A stretch of 64,000 nucleotides of DNA. Source: Candidatus Saccharimonadia bacterium (GTDB lineage: Bacteria > Patescibacteriota > Saccharimonadia > Saccharimonadales > JALRHH01). The stretch lies in NCBI GenBank assembly GCA_023253175.1, contig JALRHH010000001.1:492020-556019 (forward strand), given 5' to 3'. Made by a program: the position numbers and the translations under genes. Below the pieces are notes generated by a model. That model searched no databases. It was not told the DNA's origin and worked only from the letters and a program-made list of their open reading frames with translations. This document shows, piece by piece, positions 10,084 through 19,236 of the stretch (positions are counted from its first letter, which is position 1; each line of letters begins with the position of its first letter).

Positions 10084-10357
10084 TTTGTTAACTCAGCGTG
10101 CATAAAGTTTTGTAGTTTTTGTTTTTGGATTACGAGAGTGTCAAGAACTCGTAATCGTTTATTCTCACAGTGACAAAGGACAAAGATGTCAGAGAACTAC
10201 GTCATTTGTGCACGCATTCGTATCTGTTATATGGCTGGTTTTTGGTTTTATGGTCCTGTCATAATATTCCGTTTATTTTTAATTACAAATCAGTCAATTG
10301 TTCATTCTAGTTTCGGTATTTTTTGGTGTTTCATTAAATTATTCATGGTCTCTTTTC

Positions 10358-13300
10358 CTAATCGTTTAAGTACGTAAAGTCTATGTTTTCAATGTAAATA
10401 TTCTTCGCCTGTGACGAGTGGACCGTAATCTTGAAGATTATGTAGTCACCACCTTCAAAACCACATGCTGTTTCATCACCGCTAAATGTCTTTTGCTGCC
10501 ATTGATCAAGACTGTCATTAAGCGTCGTATGGGCGCCACAAGATGTAACTCCCCCGGCTGATGCCTTGCGGTATACCTGCAAATCAGCACGAGCAAGTGT
10601 TAGGTGATCGGATCTAGAAGTGATCTTCATAGTATTGGCATCTGCAAATGATTTGAAGGTACTCGGAAGCTTGTAGTTAACATAAATACTGTAGGTCTGA
10701 TCAGAGCTCTGAGGAGAGGTCCATCGATAATAGTTTCGAGCTTCAGATGCGCCACAGAACGTAGCCTCTACATTTAGGACACCACCGCCACAGAAGTCTG
10801 CGGTCATAACACCAACGCCGTTACCATTCAGTACCGCACCTGTATATTCAGGTGTTAGCGTAATAATGTTGTCTGGAGGAGAACCACACGCACCCCATCC
10901 ATCGGCTTCGTAACACTGGATACGACCAGTAGTTGTGTCGTAGTACATTGACCCATAGTAAGTTGTGTTGCCATCTTCTACCGGAGGACTAGAAGAACGA
11001 TCAAGTGTAAATAGCGTGACTTGTCCACCATTTATACCACCACCGATTTGCACGTTTGAAGGCACATCGGTTGCGTTAGCTCGTGTAACGCTAAGGTTAT
11101 CAATATATATGGTTCGAGCCACGCCAGCTGCGCCCACTTGATAAATCAAAATGTCAGGATTAGAGACGGCGCCAGCAGCTACTACTTCACAAGTAATCTT
11201 AGTCCACTCTGTTGTAGACAGTGATCGTCCTGAGGTACACTGTGCTCCCGTTGATGCACCAGATGGAGTGTAGTCTACTCGCAAGTCACTAATTGCAGAA
11301 CCTGAACCCAACTTTGCTGTGAATGAAATCTGCAAAATATCACCTGGTGTTGGGTTGGTCGCAAGATTGTTACGCACACCGTTACCAGCAGCAGTACCGA
11401 ACGCAGAGCTCACACCAGCCTGGCCAGTTACATACTGCCCTGCAGTGGTTGTCCGTGCAGGAGCACCGGCAGTACCTATAGCAGTCCAGTTCGTACCAAA
11501 GGTACTGCTTGTCTCTGCACCGCCGTTAGCAGCCCATTCAGTAGCCGCACTGTTAACACTGAAAAGATTTGTGCCGATTGAACTCTGGACTTCAAGCAAA
11601 CCGCCAACGATAGGTGTGGTTGAATTGTTTCGAATTGTAAATCCGTCCGCCGCACCACCAGTTGGGTTAAGAATGATCTCGGCACCACCAGCAGACGTCA
11701 ATGTGTTGTTATATGCAGACTGAAGGTCAGTTGAGCTTGATGCACCAGCAGCGGTCCAGTCAGTACCGTTCCAGATAAGTGTAGCCGTACTGTTTGCCTT
11801 CATTGCAATATCAATAGGCGTGCGACTTGCATTAAGGCGAAGCGTAAAGTCACTCGAGCCGCTTCGAGCTGCCACGTAAACAATACGTCCGATCGCAGTC
11901 TGTGCTGGATCAGGAACACTGACGATAACACCAGTAACGCTAGCTGTGACCGGAATCGTACTGAAGTTATTAATGATGCTGTTATCTGGATTGTTGAATC
12001 CTGATACTCCCGCAGAACCATATGTCTGGATCAATGACGTACTAAAGGCTGTTGTAGATAGGTTTACAAGTCCCTGAGTGCCCGTACCAACGCCCGCACC
12101 ACCAGAGATCGTTACTGCGCCGCCATTTGCGTTGCCCGTACCCGCGCCGCCACCCTGTAGTGTCAATATGCCACCTGCAACGTTTGCACCCGTCGCAGCG
12201 CCAGGCTTGATCGTAATACCATTGCCTGCTTGTGAAGTAATGTCAGTTGTCTGGTTACCGGCAAGCGTCACAACACCATTTGTAGCAACGTCAAAGTTCG
12301 TGCCATCGAGCTGCAAGGTGCCACCGTTCTGACCAACGCGGATGGTCTGGCCAGACGCCTTACCAATCAAGATGCTGTTTGCATTTGTAGTACCGATTTG
12401 GATTTCTGCGGCACCACCCGTGTCGAGGCCAAGCACTGTCGCGCCGCCGCTACGGATTGCTAAAGCACCGTTTGCACTGAGTGAAGTGCTGGTACCAAGT
12501 GAAACATTACCATCACCGCCCTGAAGTGTCAGTGTGCCAGCTGCAGTACTCCAGGTTGCTGCCGTAGCCGATGTCAATGTCAGCGCGCCTGCACTCGTCG
12601 TGAGGCTTGAAGCAGCATTACCGGTAAGTGACACCACACCACCAGATGCAGTAATGCCAGCGTTTGCCTGCAGGTTACCCGTAAAGGTCTTGGCACCCGC
12701 AAATGTCTGTGTACCGGTGCTGACCATACCTGGGTTTGATCCGTCAGCGGCACCAAATGTCAGGACATTACCAGAGATATTTGCTCCATTAGCGTATGAG
12801 GTAGCGCCATTGAAGGTACCGATCGTATCGATGCTATTGCCTGTTACTGCACCAATAACGCGCCATAGTGATGAATCACTATCATATGCCAAGCTGACTG
12901 ATGCGCCAGCAGGAAGACGTAGGTCTGCACCAGTACCAGTACTAATTTGGTTTGCCGCGGTGCTGCTACCGTTCATGTTACGAAGCGTTGCTACGTTTGC
13001 CCCAGCGTTGATAAGAGTGATCATACGTCCGTCAGCGCCGCCCGCAATACCGGTGATGGTCTGAGCTGATGCGCCGTTTAATCGGAAGAGTGCGCCAGTA
13101 CCGAAGTTAACATTGTTTGCGCTACCGACGGTTGTGTAATCAGCGGTTGCACCATTCTGGAAGGCAACGTTTCCAGCATTCGTAACGGTGAGTCCCTCGG
13201 CAACACTGAGTGAACCAGAAATTGTTGTCGCAACACCCGTTCGCGAAATCGTAACAGCCGTAGAATTAGCGTCAGTGCCGATTGACAATGTACCTGAGGT

Positions 13301-16300
13301 TGCACGGCCAACAAGTGGTGTCAGGACACTCGTATCAGTGTAGAGCGTACGCCAGTTGTTAGAGCTATCGCCAAGATCAAGACCAGATGTACCAGGAGTA
13401 AGCGAAGCGTTAACCGCAACAGTTCCGCTGAGGTTACTGAGCTGCTGGTTTGCGCCGCCGCCCGCCGTTGCAGTACCACCGATAACACGCCACCTAGAAT
13501 CAGCGCTATCGTACGCGAGCTGCACCGTTGATCCGGCAGGTACTACAAGATTGTTGCCTGTACCAGTAATGATTCGGTTAGCTGCTGTACCGCCGCTGTT
13601 ATTCTGAAGTGTTACATTATTAGCACTCGCGTTAGCAAGTGTGATAATACGTCCGTCAGCACCACCTGCAACACTCGTAATAGTAAGTGCAGATGCGGAA
13701 GTGATGCGGAATAATACACCTGTTCCGAAATCAACATCGTTCTGGGTGCCAGTTGCGCTGTAGTTGGTAGTATTACGCTGGAACGCTACGTTACCAGCAT
13801 TCGTAACAGTGAAATTGCCGCCGACCTGAACGGTATCGTTCAGGTTGATGATACCGGTGCCGTTGGCGACTACCGTAAGGTCCTCGTTGGTACCGGTTGT
13901 AATGTCAGTAGCGACGTTACTCATCGTCAAAGTACCACCAACTGTTACGCTATCGTTTAGGTTAATGATGCCAGTGCCGTTGGCAACGATTGTAAGGTCT
14001 TCGTTAGTACCCGTCGTGATGTCCGTAGCTACACCGCTGAACGTCATAGTGCCTGCTGCGGTAATGGTATCGTTAAGTACGATCGTACCCGTACCATTTG
14101 CCTGCAGTGTTAGGTTCTGATTGGTTTGAGTCGTGATATCCGCAGTCTGGCCACCAGCGAGTGTCATTACACCATTGGTTGCGAGATCAAAGTTTGTGCC
14201 ATCAACTGCAAACGTGCCGGCGTTGTGGCCGATGGTGATGTTTGTTGCGTTCGTGGTACCAATACCGAGAGCTGCGGCAGTCGCAGTATCGACAAGTGGA
14301 GTTAATACGCTCGTATCAGCGTAGAGCGTGCGCCAGCTAAAGCTTGAGGAACCAAGGTCAAGCGTATTGTCGGCATTAGTAGTAAGAGACGCATTGACCG
14401 CAATTGTACCCGTCAGGTTTGAAAGCTGCCTATTAGCACCGCCGCCACCACTGATTGCAGTACCACCGATAACACGCCAAACGCTGCTCGAGCTATCATA
14501 AGCAAGCTGCACAGACGCGCCAGCAGGAACGATCATTGCTGAGCCAGTACCCGTTACAACGTGGTTTGCGGCAGTACCACTGGCGTTATTTCCGAGTGTT
14601 ACATCATTCGCACTTGCGTTAGCAAGCGTAATGATACGTCCGTCAGCACCACCTGCAATTCCATTGATTGTTACTGCGCTTGCAGAGGTAATACGGAATA
14701 ATACACCTGTTCCGAAGTTCACGTTGTCCTGCACACCTGTTGCAGTGTAGTTAGTGGTGTTACGCTGGAATGCAACATTACCAGCGTTGGTAACGGTGAA
14801 GTTGCCACCGACCGTTACCGCATCGTTGAGGTTGATGATACCTGTACCATTCGCAACAACCGTAAGGTCTTCGTTGGTTGCAGTTGTAATGTCAGTAGCC
14901 GCACCACTCAGTGTCAAGGTGCCTGTCAGGGTCACGTTGTCATTGAGGTTAATGATACCGGTGCCGTTAGCAGTAACTGTCAAGTTCTGGTTTGCCTGAG
15001 TCGTAATGTCTGCAGTCTGGCCACCAGCGAGTGTCATTACACCATTGGTTGCGAGATCAAAGTTTGTGCCATCAACTGCAAACGTGCCGGCGTTGTGGCC
15101 GATGGTGATGTTTGTTGCGTTCGTGGTACCAATACCGAGAGCTGCGGCAGCTGCCGTATCGACAGCTGGCGTCAGTACACTTGTGCCAAAGTAACCAGTC
15201 CTCCAAGCAAGACTACTTGTACCAAGATCATATGTATTAGTAGTCGTTGGCGACAGGTTACCTGTAACATTAGTATTCTTCATGAGCTCGATCGTGCCGG
15301 CTGGCTGGATCAAGTAATTACCAGATGCATTTACCTGTCCAGCAAGCACTGTGCCGGTACCAGCATTGTTAATGCCCGCTGTCGCATCACCATCAGTATC
15401 AGTAATATAATTATCGGCAATATAGTTCGCATCACTCGCTGCATCAATTATATTAATGCCGTAACACGTTGATGTGCCGGTACCACAGCTCGTATCAGCC
15501 ACACCGTTAGCCGTAATCGAATTGTAATCACCGGAAGTTATATATATACCGTTGTTATTGGTTGTGCCACCGTTATCGGACACCTGGTTACCACTAATTG
15601 TATTGTAGTTACTTGATACATAGATACCTGCCGATGTGTTTTGATTCACTACGTTGGCGGTGATGACATTGCCGCTTCCACCAGCCAACGCAATACCAAT
15701 AGCATTGTTTCGGGCTACGTTGCCACTAACTGTCACGCCGGTATTATTTGCTAAGTAAATTCCTGAGAGCCCCGCATTATTAACGAATGAGCCACTAATA
15801 ACACTATTTGCAAGTGCATTGGCGCCGATACCGTATGCGGTTACGTTCTGGACAGTGACACCGATAATCCGCGCACCATTCCTCGCCGCTGCAATGCTAC
15901 CAAGATTCAAGGCGCCGATACCATTCTGAGTACCCGTAACATTAGCCGAGTTACCATCAATCACAAGATTGGATATACCAATGTTTGTACCAGTGACGCC
16001 ATCGTAGTTAGAAATCATACTGATCGTCGCTGTCGTACCGTTTGCGAGCTTAATAACAGTACCCGTGCCTGAACCAACCAGGTTTACATTGTTTGGAATC
16101 GTAACAGTATTATCAATAATATAGGTACCCTCCATAAGGTAAACCGTACCACCAGATGCCGGTAGAGAAAGAAGTGCGTTATTTATGACAGTCTGCGCAC
16201 TTGTAGCACTCGTGTTAAGGTAGTCGGCACCGTCGTAGTTCATGCTTGCGACCGCACCACTTGCCCCGCCGCTTGCGCTGGTAGCCACAATACGTGAAGC

Positions 16301-18664
16301 AGTAGAGCGGTCAGACTGCCACTTGCCGTTTGCATATATAAGCAGACGCTTCGTATCAGTGTCGTAGTAGAGCGTGCCTTCACTTGGTGATGCAGGACGC
16401 TGTGCGGTTGTGCCGCCGACAAGTCGAAGCGTCTTCTGGGCTGCAATTGTAACGTCACCGTTAAATGTTGCTGCCTCTGCAACCGTAAGTGCTCCGTTAA
16501 CGTTCGTAGTTACACCTGTTCGGGAGATATTAACTGCGTTAGCGTTTGTAGTGCCGATGTTTACTGCAGCCGCACCGCCCGCATCGAGGCTCAGTGCGTT
16601 TGCGCCACCAGAGGTAATACCAAGCTGACCAGTTGCGGTTAATGCAGTAGTCGTGCCAAGTGTAACCGTACCACTGCCAGCCTGAATCGTCAGGTTGCCT
16701 GAGGTCGTAGACCAGATAGCCGCAGCTGCAGACGTAATCGTCAAAGCACCTGATGATGTCGTAAAGCTTGATGCAGCGTTGCCAGTCAATGAAACAGCAC
16801 CGCCGGTAACCGTTGCCCCTGCGTTCGCACTCAGTGCTCCGTCAACCGTCAGGGCACCTGCGTTTGTGGTTGTAACACCACTCTTGCCAATCGTAATTGC
16901 AGTAGCATTTGTTGTTCCTATAGTAAGCGTACCCGCATTTACACGATCAACAGAAGGAGTCAGTACACTTGTGTCTGCATATAGTGAACGCCAGCTATTT
17001 GCTGAGCTGCCGAGATCATATGCATTATCAGTGTCTGGGTTCAGTGACGTATTAATAGCAGTGGTACCAAGATTGCTCAATTGCTGGTTTGCGCCGCCGC
17101 CGCTCGTAGCGGTGCTACCGACAACTCGCCAGCGCTGTGCCGATGAGTCATATATAAGACTGACTGAAGAACCCGATGGTATTGATAGGTTACCGCCGGT
17201 ACCAGTAATAATGCGGTTTGTAGCCGTACCGCCACTATTGTTCTGTAGTGTTGCTGCATTCGCACCGGCATTAATCAGTGTAATCATACGGCCATCGACA
17301 CCACCTACGATACTCGTGATTGTCTGAGCAGACGCACCGTTAAGTCGGAATAACGCACCGGTTCCGAAATCAACATCGTTCTGAGTACCGGTCGTGGTGT
17401 AGTCGTTGGTGTTGCGCTGGAATGCGACATTTCCTGACTGAGCAACAATAAGATCACCATTTGAAGTAATACCGCCATCAAAGGTTGATAGACCCGTAAC
17501 ATCAAGCGTACCGCCAAAGTTAACCTCACCAGTACCAACCGTTAAGTCAACACCATTAGCGAGTGTAACATCGGCGTTGAACGTGGAAGCCTGCGTTACT
17601 GTTAGCGCGCCATTGATCGTAGTCGTAACGCCTGTGTCGCCAATTGAAACAGCAGTTGCATTCGCTCCACCAATACTGAGAGTTGTTCCAGTGTAGGTGT
17701 CAACGCTTGATGCTACTTGGAGATTGCCCGTAGCGGTTACCGCGCCAAGAACCGTGCCGTTACTCGCCTTGAACTGGACGAGATCAGCAGTCTGACCAGC
17801 AGCAGCACCCTGGAATGCGCCCACGACCGTGCCATTTACGCCATTGTCCCTACCCTGGATGTTGAAGTTGGTCTGCGTCTGCACAACCGTATCGTTCTGG
17901 ATGTAGAACGCAGATCCGCTTGCAGCTGGACAGTTACTTGCCGCACCATTGTACACACAAATTGTTCCAGGACTTGCTGTTGTTGCAAGTGATGTGTCCG
18001 GGAACAAGTAGCGGCGGTCCGCGGTCAGAGTCGCAAAATCAACTGTGCCCGTGAAGGAACCAGTATTTTTGTTCAGCGTCTCAGAGCTCTTGGCCTGGAA
18101 TGCATACGGCACGCTGGTCATGCGGATTCGTGGAGTCATTTCCCCATCCCACGTTGGTGAACCGATGCCGCCAATGTTCATCGTCAACCAGAGCTGCTGA
18201 TCCCAGATGTTGCCTGGAAGTGCCGTTATGTCACCAAGGTAGGCGCTCAGGTAGCCGTTCTTGACCTGAACTTGGCTGCCACCAGTTCGAGTCTCTGTCC
18301 ACAAACAGTTAGCGTCACCGGTACAAGCACCCTGGGATGAACCGGTACTTGTGCTTGCGTTGTACAGCTTGAACTCGATGTTGTAGTTACCGTCTGGAAC
18401 AAGATTGCCACTGCTGGTCATCAAGCGGGCCTGGAAGTTGAGCGTAGCTGGCGTAGCAGCCTGCGCGTGCTGCACGTTCCCGCGCGTAATAGAATATACA
18501 GAGGTCAGAATCGTCAAAACTGCAAACACGAAAAACACCCTCTTGGCAGCAGCCATGAGGGTACTAGTAAACAGTACTGGTGTTATTTTCAGTTTTGACA
18601 CTTTTGTTTGATGAGGTTGTTTGTCTTGGACTTTCGAAACGTTTGTTTTGCTTGCTGCAAGCAT
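10358..18664 (-). CDS. Giant fibre-like surface protein (2768 aa) with one pectate-lyase/tailspike-like beta-helix module and a 4x repeated ~100-aa domain
   Basis: ATG at 18664; an alternative is the internal M37 just before the TM helix (RVFFVFAVLTILTSVYSI). It has tail-fibre-type motifs (LDLGSS..SWR.LYAD, GGGANQQLSNL) and a beta-helix module. The C-terminal ~130 aa (NYYRWTSPQSSDQTYSIYVNYKLPSTF...IENIDFTYLND) is homologous to the C-terminus of the 3574-aa protein. Confidence 0.85.
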   Translation of the reverse strand: MLAASKTNVSKVQDKQPHQTKVSKLKITPVLFTSTLMAAAKRVFFVFAVLTILTSVYSITRGNVQHAQAATPATLNFQARLMTSSGNLVPDGNYNIEFKLYNASTSTGSSQGACTGDANCLWTETRTGGSQVQVKNGYLSAYLGDITALPGNIWDQQLWLTMNIGGIGSPTWDGEMTPRIRMTSVPYAFQAKSSETLNKNTGSFTGTVDFATLTADRRYLFPDTSLATTASPGTICVYNGAASNCPAASGSAFYIQNDTVVQTQTNFNIQGRDNGVNGTVVGAFQGAAAGQTADLVQFKASNGTVLGAVTATGNLQVASSVDTYTGTTLSIGGANATAVSIGDTGVTTTINGALTVTQASTFNADVTLANGVDLTVGTGEVNFGGTLDVTGLSTFDGGITSNGDLIVAQSGNVAFQRNTNDYTTTGTQNDVDFGTGALFRLNGASAQTITSIVGGVDGRMITLINAGANAATLQNNSGGTATNRIITGTGGNLSIPSGSSVSLIYDSSAQRWRVVGSTATSGGGANQQLSNLGTTAINTSLNPDTDNAYDLGSSANSWRSLYADTSVLTPSVDRVNAGTLTIGTTNATAITIGKSGVTTTNAGALTVDGALSANAGATVTGGAVSLTGNAASSFTTSSGALTITSAAAAIWSTTSGNLTIQAGSGTVTLGTTTALTATGQLGITSGGANALSLDAGGAAAVNIGTTNANAVNISRTGVTTNVNGALTVAEAATFNGDVTIAAQKTLRLVGGTTAQRPASPSEGTLYYDTDTKRLLIYANGKWQSDRSTASRIVATSASGGASGAVASMNYDGADYLNTSATSAQTVINNALLSLPASGGTVYLMEGTYIIDNTVTIPNNVNLVGSGTGTVIKLANGTTATISMISNYDGVTGTNIGISNLVIDGNSANVTGTQNGIGALNLGSIAAARNGARIIGVTVQNVTAYGIGANALANSVISGSFVNNAGLSGIYLANNTGVTVSGNVARNNAIGIALAGGSGNVITANVVNQNTSAGIYVSSNYNTISGNQVSDNGGTTNNNGIYITSGDYNSITANGVADTSCGTGTSTCYGINIIDAASDANYIADNYITDTDGDATAGINNAGTGTVLAGQVNASGNYLIQPAGTIELMKNTNVTGNLSPTTTNTYDLGTSSLAWRTGYFGTSVLTPAVDTAAAAALGIGTTNATNITIGHNAGTFAVDGTNFDLATNGVMTLAGGQTADITTQANQNLTVTANGTGIINLNDNVTLTGTLTLSGAATDITTATNEDLTVVANGTGIINLNDAVTVGGNFTVTNAGNVAFQRNTTNYTATGVQDNVNFGTGVLFRITSASAVTINGIAGGADGRIITLANASANDVTLGNNASGTAANHVVTGTGSAMIVPAGASVQLAYDSSSSVWRVIGGTAISGGGGANRQLSNLTGTIAVNASLTTNADNTLDLGSSSFSWRTLYADTSVLTPLVDTATAAALGIGTTNATNITIGHNAGTFAVDGTNFDLATNGVMTLAGGQTADITTQTNQNLTLQANGTGTIVLNDTITAAGTMTFSGVATDITTGTNEDLTIVANGTGIINLNDSVTVGGTLTMSNVATDITTGTNEDLTVVANGTGIINLNDTVQVGGNFTVTNAGNVAFQRNTTNYSATGTQNDVDFGTGVLFRITSASALTITSVAGGADGRIITLANASANNVTLQNNSGGTAANRIITGTGNNLVVPAGSTVQLAYDSADSRWRVIGGTATAGGGANQQLSNLSGTVAVNASLTPGTSGLDLGDSSNNWRTLYTDTSVLTPLVGRATSGTLSIGTDANSTAVTISRTGVATTISGSLSVAEGLTVTNAGNVAFQNGATADYTTVGSANNVNFGTGALFRLNGASAQTITGIAGGADGRMITLINAGANVATLRNMNGSSTAANQISTGTGADLRLPAGASVSLAYDSDSSLWRVIGAVTGNSIDTIGTFNGATSYANGANISGNVLTFGAADGSNPGMVSTGTQTFAGAKTFTGNLQANAGITASGGVVSLTGNAASSLTTSAGALTLTSATAATWSTAAGTLTLQGGDGNVSLGTSTSLSANGALAIRSGGATVLGLDTGGAAEIQIGTTNANSILIGKASGQTIRVGQNGGTLQLDGTNFDVATNGVVTLAGNQTTDITSQAGNGITIKPGAATGANVAGGILTLQGGGAGTGNANGGAVTISGGAGVGTGTQGLVNLSTTAFSTSLIQTYGSAGVSGFNNPDNSIINNFSTIPVTASVTGVIVSVPDPAQTAIGRIVYVAARSGSSDFTLRLNASRTPIDIAMKANSTATLIWNGTDWTAAGASSSTDLQSAYNNTLTSAGGAEIILNPTGGAADGFTIRNNSTTPIVGGLLEVQSSIGTNLFSVNSAATEWAANGGAETSSTFGTNWTAIGTAGAPARTTTAGQYVTGQAGVSSAFGTAAGNGVRNNLATNPTPGDILQISFTAKLGSGSAISDLRVDYTPSGASTGAQCTSGRSLSTTEWTKITCEVVAAGAVSNPDILIYQVGAAGVARTIYIDNLSVTRANATDVPSNVQIGGGINGGQVTLFTLDRSSSPPVEDGNTTYYGSMYYDTTTGRIQCYEADGWGACGSPPDNIITLTPEYTGAVLNGNGVGVMTADFCGGGVLNVEATFCGASEARNYYRWTSPQSSDQTYSIYVNYKLPSTFKSFADANTMKITSRSDHLTLARADLQVYRKASAGGVTSCGAHTTLNDSLDQWQQKTFSGDETACGFEGGDYIIFKITVHSSQAKNIYIENIDFTYLND
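14142..14280. repeat. Intragenic direct repeat, copy A (139 bp, 100% identical to 15012..15150)
   Basis: Base-by-base comparison at an 870-bp offset. Encodes AALGIGTTNATNITIGHNAGTFAVDGTNFDLATNGVMTLAGGQTAD in both copies. Confidence 0.95.
15012..15150. repeat. Intragenic direct repeat, copy B (139 bp, identical to 14142..14280)
   Basis: See copy A. Identity breaks at 14141/15011 and at 14281/15151. Confidence 0.95.
15262..16436 (-). other. Right-handed parallel beta-helix (Pectate_lyase_3/tailspike-like) module inside the 2768-aa protein
   Basis: Starts at RPASPSEGTLYYDTDTKRLLIYANGKWQSDRS. Continues with TSAQTVINNALLSLPASGGTVYLMEGTYIIDNTVTIPNNVNLVGSG and PbH1-like turns (NNAGLSGIYLANNTGVTVSGNVARNNAIGIALAGGSGNVITANVVNQNTSAGIYVSSNYNTISGNQV). 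Ends at GNYLIQPAGTIELMKNTNVTG. Confidence 0.6.
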
Positions 18665-18828
18665 CCCTACTTGCGGCTAACGATGTTTGTGTTGATTTTG
18701 CGTATCCCTAGGCAGAATCATTGTGGTTGGGCAGACCGGTTTTTAGCCTGCCCTTTTGGGTTTCGTTTTTTGCCAATTGATTTTTTGTCCTTAGGGTCAC
18801 CTGTGAGGAGAAATGAACCTATGCGTCT

Positions 18829-18857
18829 ATTATCCGCGAATACCAAAAGCGTAACAA
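18829..18857 (-). promoter_or_regulatory. Candidate promoter of the 2768-aa gene (TTGTTA-N17-GATAAT)
   Basis: Minus-sense TTGTTA (18857..18852), a 17-nt spacer, then GATAAT (18834..18829). It lies ~165 nt upstream of ATG 18664. Confidence 0.35.
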
Positions 18858-19061
18858 GAATCAAATATCATTTTTGTGATCATTCTTTTAACACCACTAA
18901 GTATTATCTTTTATAAAATATTAGATGTTAAAATTATAACGTTACACATGGTTTAATCTGTTAAAAGATCTACCTATTATATTCACCAACATTAATAATT
19001 ATTTATAGTAATGTAGTTAATATATCTACGTTATATATATGATTGATAACTGGTTTTGTAA

Positions 19062-19070
19062 TTATCCACA
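19062..19070 (+). promoter_or_regulatory. Perfect TTATCCACA 9-mer (DnaA-box consensus; function here unknown)
   Basis: Read directly: attatccacagg. Intergenic, in an AT-rich spacer. The minus-sense reading is CCTGTGGATAAT. Confidence 0.3.
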
Positions 19071-19236
19071 GGCATTTTGATATTTATGTGTCGAAATTCA
19101 CATAAACTTATACAACAAACCTTACTAAAACTCAGCAGCATAATTAATCAATTATCGTATAAATCTGAACACAATTATATGGGTGACGATCACTTACTCA
19201 CATGAAGCCGAAGCACCGAAAGGTACTGTATAAGCA

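Noticed and set aside
11319-17327. Long plus-strand ORFs (e.g. 11319..11723, 12534..13064, 16695..17327) opposite the 2768-aa gene
   Set aside because: These are antisense shadow ORFs. Their Pro/Val/Ala-rich translations mirror the Gly/Thr/Asn/Ala codons of the minus-strand gene. They have no SD sequences and no independent motifs.
18729-18771. GGGCAG-N13-CTGCCC hairpin followed by TTTTGGGTTTCGTTTTTT on the plus strand (terminator-like)
   Set aside because: No plus-strand gene ends here. In minus sense it is just a 5'UTR hairpin with no U-run, so I did not call it a terminator. It could still block antisense transcription.
18608-18916. 102-aa plus-strand ORF overlapping the start of the 2768-aa gene
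   Set aside because: It has no SD, is Cys/Phe-rich nonsense-like sequence, and lies in the promoter/5'UTR region of the giant gene.
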